Shown here one piece after another: positions 9,219 through 19,312 of a DNA stretch of 32,535 nt; position 1 is the stretch's first letter, and each line of letters begins with the position of its first letter. A program made the position numbers and the translations under genes. The stretch is from a virus (taxonomy: Duplodnaviria > Heunggongvirae > Uroviricota > Caudoviricetes), in the IMG/VR virus record IMGVR_UViG_2541047835_000006; one strand, 5' to 3'. The notes under the pieces are model-generated. The model saw nothing but the letters and a program-made list of their open reading frames with translations, was not told the DNA's origin and ran no database searches.

Positions 9219-10645
9219 CAGCTATTCCCCTTCAGGGTTAACAGGTATTCCGAGGTGATCTCGGTCTCAAACGTCAGTCGCTCCAGCGGCGGTGGCGGCG
9301 TGTATTTGTAGCTCAGCAACAGATGACCGGCGGCCAGCTCCGTCTCTTCATTACGGGCCGGATCAAACCAGCAACTGAAGCCCAGCAGTGCACCGTCGCC
9401 AATTAGCTTGCGACCGTAGGCGTTGACCGACTCCGTCAGCGCATCAATCAGTGCCTGGGTAATCGGCATGTCGATGTACTGCTGGCTGAAATAACGCAGG
9501 GACTCGTTGATAACATCACCGGTGCGGCGAACGTTCTCAAAGTTGCGCATATGGGTGACCGTTGGCCATGCTGCCGTCCGGTTGCCCCACAGACGCAGGC
9601 CGCTGCCGTAGCTGCTGAAGACCGTAGTGATGCCCTGTTCGTTGAGCAGGTTCACCTCGCTCTGCGGGTCATCAATCATTGCCGACAGCTGGCGCTCCAC
9701 GCCGGTGATACCCAGAATCTCCTGGTTGGAGGACGACCACCAGTAGCCCTTGTCCAGGTCGACCTTGGCACGCAGACCTGCAGCACGTTGGCTCAGCGGC
9801 TCCAGCCGTTCGCTGTTGGTGGCCGCGTCGTACACCTTGACGTGCGGATAGCACAGACGGACGCGGTCGGAGCTGGTATTGAAGTTAATGGTGCCTTCCG
9901 GGCCACGCCCCGCCAGAGCCTGCGCAAAAGTGGTACCAATCGGCGCGTCGATGTAGGTCACCGCGCCCAGCTTCTCAGCCATGGCGATAAGCTCAACCGA
10001 GACGCTGTTCTGGGTGCAGAATACCGGGGCAATCAGAATTTTGGCGAAGTAGCCAAACAGGTTGAAGCTGTCGTTAAGCAGCTTCATGCCGGTACGGTTG
10101 CCTGCCGCGTTAACGGTACCGATGATATCAGCCGGGGTGACTTTGGTCGGATCGGCATAGTTATAGCTGGCCTTCACCGTTGCATCTGCAGCAATGCTTT
10201 TACCAAGGTTAGTAATCACCCCGGTCTGCGCATCAAGCGAGTAGTCCTGACCTTCCACATAAGGCTGACCGTCGCTGTCCGGTTTCAGTACCAGCTGCGC
10301 GATCACCGGATTAGCCAGCTGTGCCTTGCCCGTCGCCTTGTCGAATGTTACGTCTTCATCGGCCACAGCGGTTTTATGCACAGCCGGATCAAGCACGTTA
10401 ATGACCAGAACGGTGCCTGCCCCATGGTCGTAGATCGCATCCAGTGCCTGCGGAATGGTAAAGCCAGTGAGCTGGCTGCCAAACGCCGCTGCATCTTTCT
10501 CAGACAGGCACTGCACCAGCGTATTGACGTCTCCCATTGGGGCGGTACCAATCAGGCCAATGACGGCGGATTTCACCGTTTTAACCGGGCGGGCACCGTT
10601 TTCCACCTCAATGGTTTCGACGCCATGCAGATAGTTAGCTGACAT
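9218..10645 (-). CDS. Contractile tail sheath protein
   Basis: 475 aa, immediately upstream of tube gene; GGAGG SD before ATG 10645. Confidence 0.85.
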   Translation of the reverse strand: MSANYLHGVETIEVENGARPVKTVKSAVIGLIGTAPMGDVNTLVQCLSEKDAAAFGSQLTGFTIPQALDAIYDHGAGTVLVINVLDPAVHKTAVADEDVTFDKATGKAQLANPVIAQLVLKPDSDGQPYVEGQDYSLDAQTGVITNLGKSIAADATVKASYNYADPTKVTPADIIGTVNAAGNRTGMKLLNDSFNLFGYFAKILIAPVFCTQNSVSVELIAMAEKLGAVTYIDAPIGTTFAQALAGRGPEGTINFNTSSDRVRLCYPHVKVYDAATNSERLEPLSQRAAGLRAKVDLDKGYWWSSSNQEILGITGVERQLSAMIDDPQSEVNLLNEQGITTVFSSYGSGLRLWGNRTAAWPTVTHMRNFENVRRTGDVINESLRYFSQQYIDMPITQALIDALTESVNAYGRKLIGDGALLGFSCWFDPARNEETELAAGHLLLSYKYTPPPPLERLTFETEITSEYLLTLKGNS

Positions 10646-10889
10646 GGGAGTCCTCCGTTTTCACATCGCTGTCGCCGCCGTTCCTGCGCTTTGGTGACTG
10701 CACAGCCGGTATGCTGGCGGGTTTAGTCTCTTCAGATACCGGCGTCAGATGCTTCAGCGCCACCAGTACCTTCACATAGTCATGCTCCTCCGGCAGGGAA
10801 ACATTCTTCCCCGGCCAGAGCAGGATTTCGGTTCCGTCCGACAGCGTGACGCCGCTGGCCGGGCCGGAATAGCGGTATTCTTTCATCAC
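10635..10889 (-). CDS. Small hypothetical protein (Mu gp38 position)
   Basis: 84 aa, translationally coupled between head-completion genes and sheath. Confidence 0.45.
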   Translation of the reverse strand: MMKEYRYSGPASGVTLSDGTEILLWPGKNVSLPEEHDYVKVLVALKHLTPVSEETKPASIPAVQSPKRRNGGDSDVKTEDSHVS

Positions 10890-11350
10890 TCGCTTTCCTC
10901 ATAGTTCACTTCGGTTAACAGCGGGCCGGACGGTAAATCGCTGTCTTCGATAAAGACGCTTTCGGTTGCGAAGTCGAGAGCGTACTGCCACAGCCCCTTG
11001 GCCTCACCGATAAACACCTCACGGGTCAGCCAGATACGGCGGCGGCAGTTCGGCGGGGTGTAGCCGCCGAGTATGCGGCGGACTGCATCCAGAACGTCAA
11101 TCGCACCTCTTTTACCGTTGAGCTGGCGGAAGACCACCGTGACGCAGAGCTGGATAGTCTGAGGCTGGATCACCGCACCAATATCATCGGGTTTGTCGAA
11201 GCGTGAACCGGCATAGCTCAGCAGCAACGCCCCGACAGGATGATTCAGACGGTATTCGGACGGCTTTTCCGGGAAGTACTCCACCTGCAGCTGGGGCAGC
11301 TTCTCGCGCAACCGGGCCAGCACAGCATCGAGGACGGGCAGAACGTTCAT
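10886..11350 (-). CDS. Hypothetical head-tail joining protein (Mu gp37 position)
   Basis: 154 aa; position and coupling in operon. Confidence 0.5.
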   Translation of the reverse strand: MNVLPVLDAVLARLREKLPQLQVEYFPEKPSEYRLNHPVGALLLSYAGSRFDKPDDIGAVIQPQTIQLCVTVVFRQLNGKRGAIDVLDAVRRILGGYTPPNCRRRIWLTREVFIGEAKGLWQYALDFATESVFIEDSDLPSGPLLTEVNYEESE

Positions 11351-11796
11351 CAGTATTTCTCCAGTAAGCCGTCGCGCCCGCCAAAGGTGGGGCGACGTGC
11401 CCGCGCCCGGATTTCACCGGACTCAGGTACGTCTTTTTGAGTGGACTGCAGCCCCAGCGTCAGCTTCCCGTCGCGGATAGCCTCAAGCTGACGCCGGGCC
11501 TCTTTGTTGTCGTCTTTGACGGTGTCAGGCAGATCACCTTCAGGACGACGGACATACAGGCGGTAACGCACCAGCGTGATGGCAATATCCCGCAGAACGG
11601 TAGGCACTTCTGCCAGCGGCAGGGTATAGCGGCCACGAAGGTGCGCATCAATCAACTCCCCGGCGTAGCGAACACAGCTGTCCACAACCGTCACATTCAC
11701 CGTGGCAGGGGTGTCGAAATCCACGACCTCGTTAGTGAGCTGAATCAGCGTTGACTCAGGCACTTGTTCCTGTAAATCCGCCAGGGTGCAGTACAT
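11350..11796 (-). CDS. Hypothetical head-completion protein (Mu gp36 position)
   Basis: Start chosen at ATG 11796 (MYCTLADL...), 2 nt after upstream stop; the longer ORF to 11925 would overlap the upstream gene. Confidence 0.5.
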   Translation of the reverse strand: MYCTLADLQEQVPESTLIQLTNEVVDFDTPATVNVTVVDSCVRYAGELIDAHLRGRYTLPLAEVPTVLRDIAITLVRYRLYVRRPEGDLPDTVKDDNKEARRQLEAIRDGKLTLGLQSTQKDVPESGEIRARARRPTFGGRDGLLEKY

Positions 11797-11797
11797 G

Positions 11798-12154
11798 TCA
11801 CACCCCGCGCAGGATGCGGATAACATCGCCTTCGGCCAGTGCTTCATCCAGCGCAATCCCGGCTGAAATACCTGCCGGGGTGTCGCCTGATGCTGCTGTC
11901 TGGGGAACGGCGCAGGCATTTGCATCCGACTGAACGTTCAGCCCCCTGGCAATCGCGGCACCGGCCTCGACGGCAACGATACCCAGTACGTTGACCGGCG
12001 TTACATCACCGGCAGCGGCATCCACCTCCGCCACGCCGAGCGCGACGGCTCCGGCCTGACAGGGGCCATTATCGGCACCGACAAAGCGCTGTTGCGTCAG
12101 CGCCGCGCTGGCCGTCACGGTAGTGGTCAGAATGACCTGCTGTGTTGTACCCAT
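11798..12154 (-). CDS. Small Ala/Gly-rich capsid-associated protein (possibly DUF2190-like)
   Basis: 118 aa directly downstream of major head gene; AAGGAGA SD. Confidence 0.5.
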   Translation of the reverse strand: MGTTQQVILTTTVTASAALTQQRFVGADNGPCQAGAVALGVAEVDAAAGDVTPVNVLGIVAVEAGAAIARGLNVQSDANACAVPQTAASGDTPAGISAGIALDEALAEGDVIRILRGV

Positions 12155-12164
12155 GACCGTCTCC

Positions 12165-13118
12165 TTATTTCACGATGTTGGTGACGAGATACCCGGCATC
12201 GCCACCGACCACGGCGACTTTGTAGATATCGGTATAACGGCAGTACTTCACCTTGCCGCCGACGCCGTCGTATTTATCCGCCACCGGCATCCCTTTACGG
12301 CGCAGGGTGTAGCCGAAGGACGGCTCGTTTTCGTCGGCGCTGTCGGTGCCCGGCTGGGGTTTGCCGACGTAATGCAGCATCAGGTTGTCGCCCCAGATAT
12401 CAGCCGGGACTTTGTCCTTGTTCTGCGCGTCTTTCATGGAGGCCATAGAGACCGGCTCGCCGATCACCACATCTTCCAACTGGAAAAGGTCTTTCAGAAT
12501 TTCGATGGTGATACGCTTGCGCTCGTTGGCTCCAATCGCGGCCTGAATCGCCGGGTGGAACTTCAGCAGCGACATGACGCTGGCCCCCATGGTCATCAGG
12601 TTTGGGCGCAGGCCGGTTTTGTTACGTACCGCCTCAATGCCACCTTCAATAATGCCAATTGGATCACCTTTACCACCGACCCAGCGTTCAGCAGCTGCCA
12701 GTGCTTTAACGGACGATGCCGGGTAAACGTTTTTGTCCTGCGCCAGACGGGCCGCATACAGTTCGCGCTTCAGGTTGACGCCACTGGTCACGCGACGAAT
12801 GGCCTTGGCCTCTTCGTTGAACATCGACTCCGCCTGCTCGCGGTAGTCCACCGGCGCGGCCAGATCGTGCTCGTTAAGAACCAGATCCAGTTTGCCGGTC
12901 TTCTCACGTACCAGGACGTTACTGTCAGCCCCCACGGCACGCTCGGTGTCGTACTCAACAAAGGCGGATTTACCGAAGGTCGGGACGGTCACACCTTCCT
13001 TATCGGTCTGGACAATGGGGAAGATGCGTTCGCCGATAAATGCGGCATTTTTATAACCGCGAGCGATGCTGGTCAGCACCGGGTCAACAACGCGCTTACC
13101 CTTTAAATAGTCAGACAT
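12165..13118 (-). CDS. Major head (capsid) protein, Mu T-like
   Basis: 317 aa, strong AAGGAGA SD, follows protease/scaffold gene as in Mu. Confidence 0.8.
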   Translation of the reverse strand: MSDYLKGKRVVDPVLTSIARGYKNAAFIGERIFPIVQTDKEGVTVPTFGKSAFVEYDTERAVGADSNVLVREKTGKLDLVLNEHDLAAPVDYREQAESMFNEEAKAIRRVTSGVNLKRELYAARLAQDKNVYPASSVKALAAAERWVGGKGDPIGIIEGGIEAVRNKTGLRPNLMTMGASVMSLLKFHPAIQAAIGANERKRITIEILKDLFQLEDVVIGEPVSMASMKDAQNKDKVPADIWGDNLMLHYVGKPQPGTDSADENEPSFGYTLRRKGMPVADKYDGVGGKVKYCRYTDIYKVAVVGGDAGYLVTNIVK

Positions 13119-13131
13119 GTTCTCTCCTTAA

Positions 13132-14229
13132 TTACAGGCAGCGGGAGACAGCAGCGTCGTAGCTGATGCCTTCTTTTTTCGACAGTTCCAGCGCTTTCTG
13201 ATGCAGCGCCAGACGTTCCGGGTCGGCTTCAGCGAACTCTGCTGACGTCGTTTTGATCTCCGTGTTCACGCGGTCTTTGGTCGCGTGCTCACTGAAATTC
13301 AGTACCGGCTCAGTGCTGTCCAGCAGCGTCTTAAACGCCGTGGCCAGAGGGGTGCGGATATCGCCTTCGGCAAACTCAACCGGCTTGTCGCCTGCAGAGA
13401 CCGCGTCCAGAATGGCCACGACAACCGACTTCGCTTTAGGAGCCAGTCGGCCATCGCCAACCAGCTTCTCGGCAAAGGAGACGTTGTCCGCGTGCAGTTT
13501 GTCCTGCTTAGCCTTCGCTTCCTGTTCCGCCCGCTGGGTGGCTTCCGCTTTCAGACGCGTGTTTTCCGCCTGAAGCGCTTTGATTTCTTCTTCAGTCATG
13601 GTGCTGTTCTCTTTTTGAGGGGTGGGATTGTGTTCACTGAAGTCCGGTTCAGACTTCCCGGTGTCGCGGTAAGCCTCTTCACGCAGGGAGTCCACCTGCC
13701 ATGAAGGAAGCACCTTGTCGGTCTCGTCCAGCCCGAACTGGGCGATCAGAAAATCGCGCAGACGGCCCCATAAAGAGGCATTGGTGATATCACTCCAGTC
13801 GGCAAACTCCACGACGCCTTCTTCTTTCTCACCAAACGAAACCTGCTTAAGCCCCTTAATGGACGGTGGCTGCGCCCCCAGAAAGCCGACATGACGCAGG
13901 TAAAGCGTGCCGGGCTTCGGGTTGTTCGGTGAGTCCGGGAGATAGAACGAGGCTGAGACCTTCTTGAAGCGCCCGTTGCCCACCAGTTCGGCAAACTGCG
14001 GGTCGAGCTGGTCAGGCTCAGCCAGCAGATCGCCGCCGTTAAGCGACAGGGATTTCACCCAGCCCCACGCCGGGTCTTCCGTTTTGGGGTGGCCAATAAC
14101 GAGTGGTGCTTCATGGACGGACGGGTCATAGGCTTTCACGCAGGCGGCAAGATCGCTTTGCGTGAACGGCAGTTTCGTGCCGTGCATATCGGTATGAGTA
14201 CCGGCTTTAAAAATGTGAATGGCTGGCAT
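13132..14229 (-). CDS. Head maturation protease/scaffold, Mu I-like
   Basis: 365 aa with coiled-coil, Glu/Lys/Ala-rich C-terminal half (scaffold-like); position between G and T. Confidence 0.7.
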   Translation of the reverse strand: MPAIHIFKAGTHTDMHGTKLPFTQSDLAACVKAYDPSVHEAPLVIGHPKTEDPAWGWVKSLSLNGGDLLAEPDQLDPQFAELVGNGRFKKVSASFYLPDSPNNPKPGTLYLRHVGFLGAQPPSIKGLKQVSFGEKEEGVVEFADWSDITNASLWGRLRDFLIAQFGLDETDKVLPSWQVDSLREEAYRDTGKSEPDFSEHNPTPQKENSTMTEEEIKALQAENTRLKAEATQRAEQEAKAKQDKLHADNVSFAEKLVGDGRLAPKAKSVVVAILDAVSAGDKPVEFAEGDIRTPLATAFKTLLDSTEPVLNFSEHATKDRVNTEIKTTSAEFAEADPERLALHQKALELSKKEGISYDAAVSRCL

Positions 14230-14443
14230 TTTGCTGTCCCGCGTTACGTTGTCGGGGACAGTCTGTGGAAAAAGTGTCAGCAGCGCTTTTAATCTGCTTT
14301 AGAAAAAATCGGGGGTATCAGTACGGGGAATGTCACGCTGCGGGCGAATAGTGGTGCAAAGCGGGGGCTGTAAAGCCTTTATAAAGGTAATACAGCCCCT
14401 CAGCGGCTGGCAATGATAAATCACCCGCCTGCAGAGACAAAAC

Positions 14444-14902
14444 TCAGCGACGGGCCGCTGCTTCAAGATGGCGGACAATCGTATCGAGGATAGGGACAAC
14501 CACTTCAGGCTGCAGCTCACCGTCCCCCGTCAGCGGCAGGAACGGACGGGCAGGAAGTTCAACGGACTCATTACGCCCCGTTTTACCCCCAAACTGGTGA
14601 ATCGGCCCATAAACGACATTAGTGCCAACCGCTGCCTGCCGGTCGTCATGGTCGGTTGATACCGACCCCATCAGACGCCCGGTATCCTGCAGCGTTTGCC
14701 CGTCGCGCTCCTGCGCTGCCAGCGAGGGAGTCCACCCCGGACGCCCCTCATCGAGAAAGTTAAACTGCGTTTCCGCCAGCAGGGTTCCGGCGATTTTGCG
14801 CATCGCGGGTTCCAGGTCTGTGGCAGCAAGATCCAGCGCACGGAGGCTCCGGCGCAGGGATTCATCGTTAATGGTGACATTGACCAGGTTATCGGAAGCC
14901 AT
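14444..14902 (-). CDS. Virion morphogenesis protein, Mu G-like
   Basis: 152 aa; position after F-like gene. Confidence 0.65.
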   Translation of the reverse strand: MASDNLVNVTINDESLRRSLRALDLAATDLEPAMRKIAGTLLAETQFNFLDEGRPGWTPSLAAQERDGQTLQDTGRLMGSVSTDHDDRQAAVGTNVVYGPIHQFGGKTGRNESVELPARPFLPLTGDGELQPEVVVPILDTIVRHLEAAARR

Positions 14903-14904
14903 CG

Positions 14905-15459
14905 TTATCCTCTCAGTTCCTGCTGTGCCAGCGGTTGAAGCGTCCCCTGATAGCGGGCAAGGTCGGGACGGTATGCTGCCCCCGGCGCATAAGACCAGCC
15001 GACGTCGGTAGCCACCTTCGTGGTGCCGGTATTGAAGGTGGCGACGTTCTGCATCTGCTCAGCCCAGCGACCGGCGCTGTAGAGTACGGACATATTTGTG
15101 CGAAAGATGGTGTCGAGACGCCATGGGCTGCCCTGCTGGATGGTGACCGGCTCGCCCGTTACCGGGTCGGTGGTGTCACGTGACCCCCACCATCCCTTGC
15201 GCTGCAGCTCCGGCTCCAGCTCCTGCCGGAACCAGCGGCCTGTTTTTCCTTCATCGACAGCCTGCTGCAGTGCCCCGCGAATATCTTCCAGGATATCAAG
15301 GCGGGTCACTTTGGCGACGGTAAAGGCGCGGGCATGGGCATCCTGCCACATCTCCTCCCAGTCCCACGTGAAGCTATACCCTTTGGACTTCAGGTAACTG
15401 ATAGCCCGTTTGGGGGGCAACGTCATGCAGTACGCCAGTTCAGCCGTTGTCACGCTCAT
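14905..15459 (-). CDS. Head morphogenesis protein, Mu F-like domain (short form)
   Basis: Start at ATG 15459 (MSVTTAELAY...) overlapping portal 3' end; about 184 aa, shorter than Mu F. Confidence 0.65.
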   Translation of the reverse strand: MSVTTAELAYCMTLPPKRAISYLKSKGYSFTWDWEEMWQDAHARAFTVAKVTRLDILEDIRGALQQAVDEGKTGRWFRQELEPELQRKGWWGSRDTTDPVTGEPVTIQQGSPWRLDTIFRTNMSVLYSAGRWAEQMQNVATFNTGTTKVATDVGWSYAPGAAYRPDLARYQGTLQPLAQQELRG

Positions 15460-16936
15460 GCAGACGCCCCCAGACAGTTGCAACAAACATAATCCGTGCC
15501 AGCCGTTCCTGCAGGTCTTCAGCGTTCATCTGCGGGTACAGCTCGGCCAGTTCGCCCAGCAGCTCAGACGGATTGACGCCATCTTCAACCCGCTTAAACA
15601 AAGGAGCCAGTACGGGTTCCAGCGTGCCATTTAACGCGCCTCCGTTCATCAGAATATCCAGCGCGTCGTCCAGGGCCTGCTGTGCCTGAATATCGGCATC
15701 AATAGCTTCGGCAAATGACAGCGGCAGCATGTTCTTCTGGCGTTCTGACGGTGGTGTCTCGTCAATATCACCGTCCTGCAGCTGGTACTCACGCTTGAAG
15801 TATTGCGGGGTGAAGACCACACCGGCGCGGCTGAGTTTCTCGTCGCGGGTTGCCTGGGTATCGTCGACCGTTCCCTGTTCCCACATCTTCCAGACGGGGC
15901 TGGCCACGTCGCCAAAGTTCATTGATACCGCCATCCTGATGGCCTGATTCACCGCGCTTTCCACGATATCAGCGTCAGCGTCACGGATATCATCAGTAAC
16001 CTCCAGTCCGGCCTGCGCGGAGGCGCGGTTACTGTTGGCCTCGGTGGTCTGGTTCTGCCCCAGCAGGGCGATGGAGATTTCACTGCGGGCAAGCGTTATC
16101 AGGTTCTGATAAATATCGCTGCTGTCGGCCTTGCCTGCGGCCTCCTTAATTTCAATGGAGGAATCGTCGGGGATAGCGGCCACCGCGTCTTCCACCATTG
16201 CCTCCATGGAATCCAGCAGCAGGTCAATCTCACCCTGAGCGGTACCGCGCGGATGCTTGCCGATAACCCACGGTGAGCCATATTTCTCGGCAAAGCGCAC
16301 CCAGAACTTCATGCCGCCTTTTTTGAAGGTCACGGGCCAGAAGCACATCGACAGGTCAGGGAAGCCATACGGGTTATCGTAGGTCGCGTCCTGACGCGGT
16401 ACCACAAACTTGTTCAGCGGTACTGGCTCGCCTTCCAGCCCGGCGTCCTTGGCGCGAAAGCGCAGCAGGTTGTCGTTGTCGAACTGGAACCACTCAGGGG
16501 GTTTACCTACGATATCGGCAATGGCCCAGGATTTAACAGAGCGTCCCCACATAATCTCACAGGGCTGATACCCGTAGAGAACGGCGTCGGTCATCTCGCC
16601 GATGATGCGGGACAGATCCAGATCGTCGAGCATATCCCGGATGAAGCTGAATACCCGCGCCGGGGCATGACCACGTTCAAGACCGCGCTCCAGCGATTTG
16701 ACCGCCGCCTTACGCCTGCGGATGCAGCCACCGACCAGCGGGTCGGTACGCAGCTCGCGATAGATGCGGATATCCCGGCCCTGAGATTTCAGAATGGGGT
16801 CAGGGTTAGGCAGGTACATCCCCAGCCCGAAGAAGTCGATGGAGCGGCTGCGCGAGGCGATCTGCTCCGTCAGTGTTTTATTAGGTTCGGCAAATTTGAC
16901 GAACTCACTGGGTGAAACCCAGAGTCCACGGGCCAT
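15440..16936 (-). CDS. Portal protein (Mu H-like)
   Basis: 498 aa directly downstream of terminase large subunit, ATGA overlap. Confidence 0.85.
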   Translation of the reverse strand: MARGLWVSPSEFVKFAEPNKTLTEQIASRSRSIDFFGLGMYLPNPDPILKSQGRDIRIYRELRTDPLVGGCIRRRKAAVKSLERGLERGHAPARVFSFIRDMLDDLDLSRIIGEMTDAVLYGYQPCEIMWGRSVKSWAIADIVGKPPEWFQFDNDNLLRFRAKDAGLEGEPVPLNKFVVPRQDATYDNPYGFPDLSMCFWPVTFKKGGMKFWVRFAEKYGSPWVIGKHPRGTAQGEIDLLLDSMEAMVEDAVAAIPDDSSIEIKEAAGKADSSDIYQNLITLARSEISIALLGQNQTTEANSNRASAQAGLEVTDDIRDADADIVESAVNQAIRMAVSMNFGDVASPVWKMWEQGTVDDTQATRDEKLSRAGVVFTPQYFKREYQLQDGDIDETPPSERQKNMLPLSFAEAIDADIQAQQALDDALDILMNGGALNGTLEPVLAPLFKRVEDGVNPSELLGELAELYPQMNAEDLQERLARIMFVATVWGRLHERDNG

Positions 16937-18459
16937 CAGTAATCCTCCAGCATACGGGCCGCCTGACGACGACGGCGTGAGCTTGCCTTCACCGGCCCTT
17001 TGTTAATTTCACGACTGGCGAAGTACGCCAGCGCCAGTGCGATGGCTGAATCCCCGTGACGCTTGCCACTGTCAGACTTCGCTTTTGAGCGCTGTTCCGG
17101 CACGCGGGGAACGCCGTTTACCACCTGAACGGCCCGCAGGTCATCCAGCGTATCTTCATCCTTCGGTAAATCCACCAGGTTGCCATCTTCCAGCGCAGCC
17201 TTGACCGGCGGCATATGCTCGCGATACCAGTTTTCAGTTGGCATCACCTGCTTAACCCGGCTGGAGCCGTAGCGCTGCATGGCGTATTCGGCGAGGTAAG
17301 AGCCGTTACCACGGGCATCAAGCGCCGCGCCCATCAGGTTTGGCAGGCAATCCATCAGGTACCAGGCGATTTGCTCCTGCTGTTTGAACGGCACGTTGCG
17401 CAGCTCCAGCACGAACGGCACGCGGCGAACCAGGTTCTTCTCCTGCAGCAGGGGATAGTCCACCGACAGGTCACCGCTGCGGCCAAAGTCGCGACCCAGG
17501 AAAGAACGTGCGTCAGCGGGGAGCGCCTCCAGCAACGGTTTCAGATGTGTATCAAGCCACTCCTGCGTCTCGCTCCAGCGGACATCATCGGGCTTCAGCT
17601 CGTAACCCTCCGGGCAGGTCAGACGCAACACCGGCGTGCCAGCCGACATACGGGACTCAATCAGGGCGCGGGACAGCCAGGCTCCGCCACCGTTGGCCGG
17701 AACACAGTCAAGCTCCTCCGATGCACCGGCACCGTAGAATTTGTACACCGATGCCATCCACGCCTGCTCGGATGCTTCCGACCATTCTTTCCCGGTACGC
17801 AGGCAGACGCGGTGGAACAGCCCTTGGGACACAGCCTCCTGAAAAGTAATGCGATGTACGCTGCCCCCCTGACGCCCGGCCCGGATATCACCGATAAGCG
17901 TATTGAACGGGTTATCGTCACCGTCATGGGTGGAGATAACGCGCACTTTACCGCCCCAGATAAGCATCGCCAGCGCCGCCTTCAGCAGTTCGTCCAGTTG
18001 CTCATGGAACGCCGCTTCGTCGATAACGATGATGCCCTGACGGCCACGCAGGTTAGACGGACGGCTGGAGAGCGCGACAACGCGGAAGCCGGAGTCAGGG
18101 AATTTGATGGTGTAGGTCTTGATATGCTTGTCGTCTTCGTCCTCTTCCCAGAAACCCTCTTCGATTTCACTGGCAGCATAGTTGAATGCCCGCGCCCACA
18201 TCGCACACGCCTGGATATATTCGACGGTCATGTCCTGGTTATAGGCGATGTAATACACGTTCATCCCACCCGCAGGGGCTGAAGAGGCTGCGGTCAGCAC
18301 GTCATCGGACGCCTCAGCCCAGGTGATACCGGTTCGGCGGCTCTTCTCAATCACCTTGAGCGGAGACGTGTCAGCCACCCAGCGCTGCTGGTAGGGCATC
18401 AGAACGGCGGGGATATCCAGCGCCGAGGTGTCAGGCAAAACAGGAGCAAGCTGGCTCAT
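16936..18459 (-). CDS. Terminase large subunit
   Basis: 507 aa; nuclease-domain-like acidic segments; position upstream of portal. Confidence 0.85.
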   Translation of the reverse strand: MSQLAPVLPDTSALDIPAVLMPYQQRWVADTSPLKVIEKSRRTGITWAEASDDVLTAASSAPAGGMNVYYIAYNQDMTVEYIQACAMWARAFNYAASEIEEGFWEEDEDDKHIKTYTIKFPDSGFRVVALSSRPSNLRGRQGIIVIDEAAFHEQLDELLKAALAMLIWGGKVRVISTHDGDDNPFNTLIGDIRAGRQGGSVHRITFQEAVSQGLFHRVCLRTGKEWSEASEQAWMASVYKFYGAGASEELDCVPANGGGAWLSRALIESRMSAGTPVLRLTCPEGYELKPDDVRWSETQEWLDTHLKPLLEALPADARSFLGRDFGRSGDLSVDYPLLQEKNLVRRVPFVLELRNVPFKQQEQIAWYLMDCLPNLMGAALDARGNGSYLAEYAMQRYGSSRVKQVMPTENWYREHMPPVKAALEDGNLVDLPKDEDTLDDLRAVQVVNGVPRVPEQRSKAKSDSGKRHGDSAIALALAYFASREINKGPVKASSRRRRQAARMLEDY

Positions 18460-19004
18460 GAGGCAATCCCCAGAATTTCACGACGCAGCGCCTGTACCGC
18501 ATCGGTTGACAGTCCACCCTTACGGGCAATTTTCTCGGCGTTGCTGGCCGCCAGCTGCGCTCTGGCCCGGACTTCAGACTGGAACTTCTTGAGGTTGACG
18601 GAAGCGCGGGACAGCGTGGCCACGTTCTTTGCCACCTTCGACAACAGCGCCACGCGCTCTTTGGGGTCGACTTCGCCTTCTTCCGCTTCCTGCAGCTGGA
18701 CGATGCTCTCGAACAGCTCGGTCTGAATCAGGGCGATCACCGCCTCCGAACGTGCATCCTGATCGTCAGCCGCACCTTCGGTCAGCATCCGGGCCGCTTC
18801 AGTGGCTGCACGGATAGCGCCATAGCGGCGCTCAATCTTCTGGCCATAGCGATGGATAGCCGATTTGCTGATGACATAACCCTGCTCACGCAGCAGGGAC
18901 TCCAGCTCGTTATACCCGCTGAAGCCGGATTCAGTCAGCGCCCGCTCAAGCCAGCGACGCACGTCTTCCGGCAGCTTTTCTATCGTGCTGCGTCTGGCCA
19001 TCAT
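18456..19004 (-). CDS. Terminase small subunit-like protein (Mu gp27 family)
   Basis: 182 aa, overlaps terminase large start. Confidence 0.6.
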   Translation of the reverse strand: MMARRSTIEKLPEDVRRWLERALTESGFSGYNELESLLREQGYVISKSAIHRYGQKIERRYGAIRAATEAARMLTEGAADDQDARSEAVIALIQTELFESIVQLQEAEEGEVDPKERVALLSKVAKNVATLSRASVNLKKFQSEVRARAQLAASNAEKIARKGGLSTDAVQALRREILGIAS

Positions 19005-19312
19005 TCACTCCAGTACTTTTCCGGGCGGGCGATACCGGGGCCGCATTCCACGGTATATTCCACCAGGTCAACGCCGAGGCGGGTCAGGTCGGCAAACCAG
19101 TCGCCGGAGGGTTTTTTCTCCAGATCAACCATCTTGCGGTCGGACAGATAATCCAGCTCACGGCGCAGCTCCAGCGGAGTGGTGTCCGGGTAGATGGCGC
19201 GGGACACGTCCAGCAGCAGCGTCTCGCTGGCGGTGTACGGGCGGGTTTTGTTCAGAGCAACCAGCAGACTCCAGCGCAGGGATTCCCGGCGCACGCGGGC
19301 GATATCAACCAT
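19001..19312 (-). CDS. Hypothetical protein (Mu gp26 position)
   Basis: ATG 19312 preceded by AGGAGG SD; the longer ORF to 19399 would overlap the upstream gene. Confidence 0.45.
   Translation of the reverse strand: MVDIARVRRESLRWSLLVALNKTRPYTASETLLLDVSRAIYPDTTPLELRRELDYLSDRKMVDLEKKPSGDWFADLTRLGVDLVEYTVECGPGIARPEKYWSE

Noticed and set aside
9551-10642. 363-aa plus-strand ORF opposite the tail sheath gene
   Set aside because: Antisense artefact of the sheath gene; junk-like composition
12123-13106. 327-aa plus-strand ORF opposite the major head gene
   Set aside because: Antisense to a strongly supported capsid gene; low-complexity His/Arg/Gly-rich translation; no promoter or RBS context
14299-14520. 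73-aa minus-strand ORF overlapping the 3' end of gene G and the G-I gap
   Set aside because: Begins inside gene G in another frame; no independent start or RBS; the gap is better explained as structured non-coding RNA
17215-18282. 355-aa plus-strand ORF opposite the terminase large subunit gene
   Set aside because: Antisense artefact; terminase on the minus strand fits operon coupling
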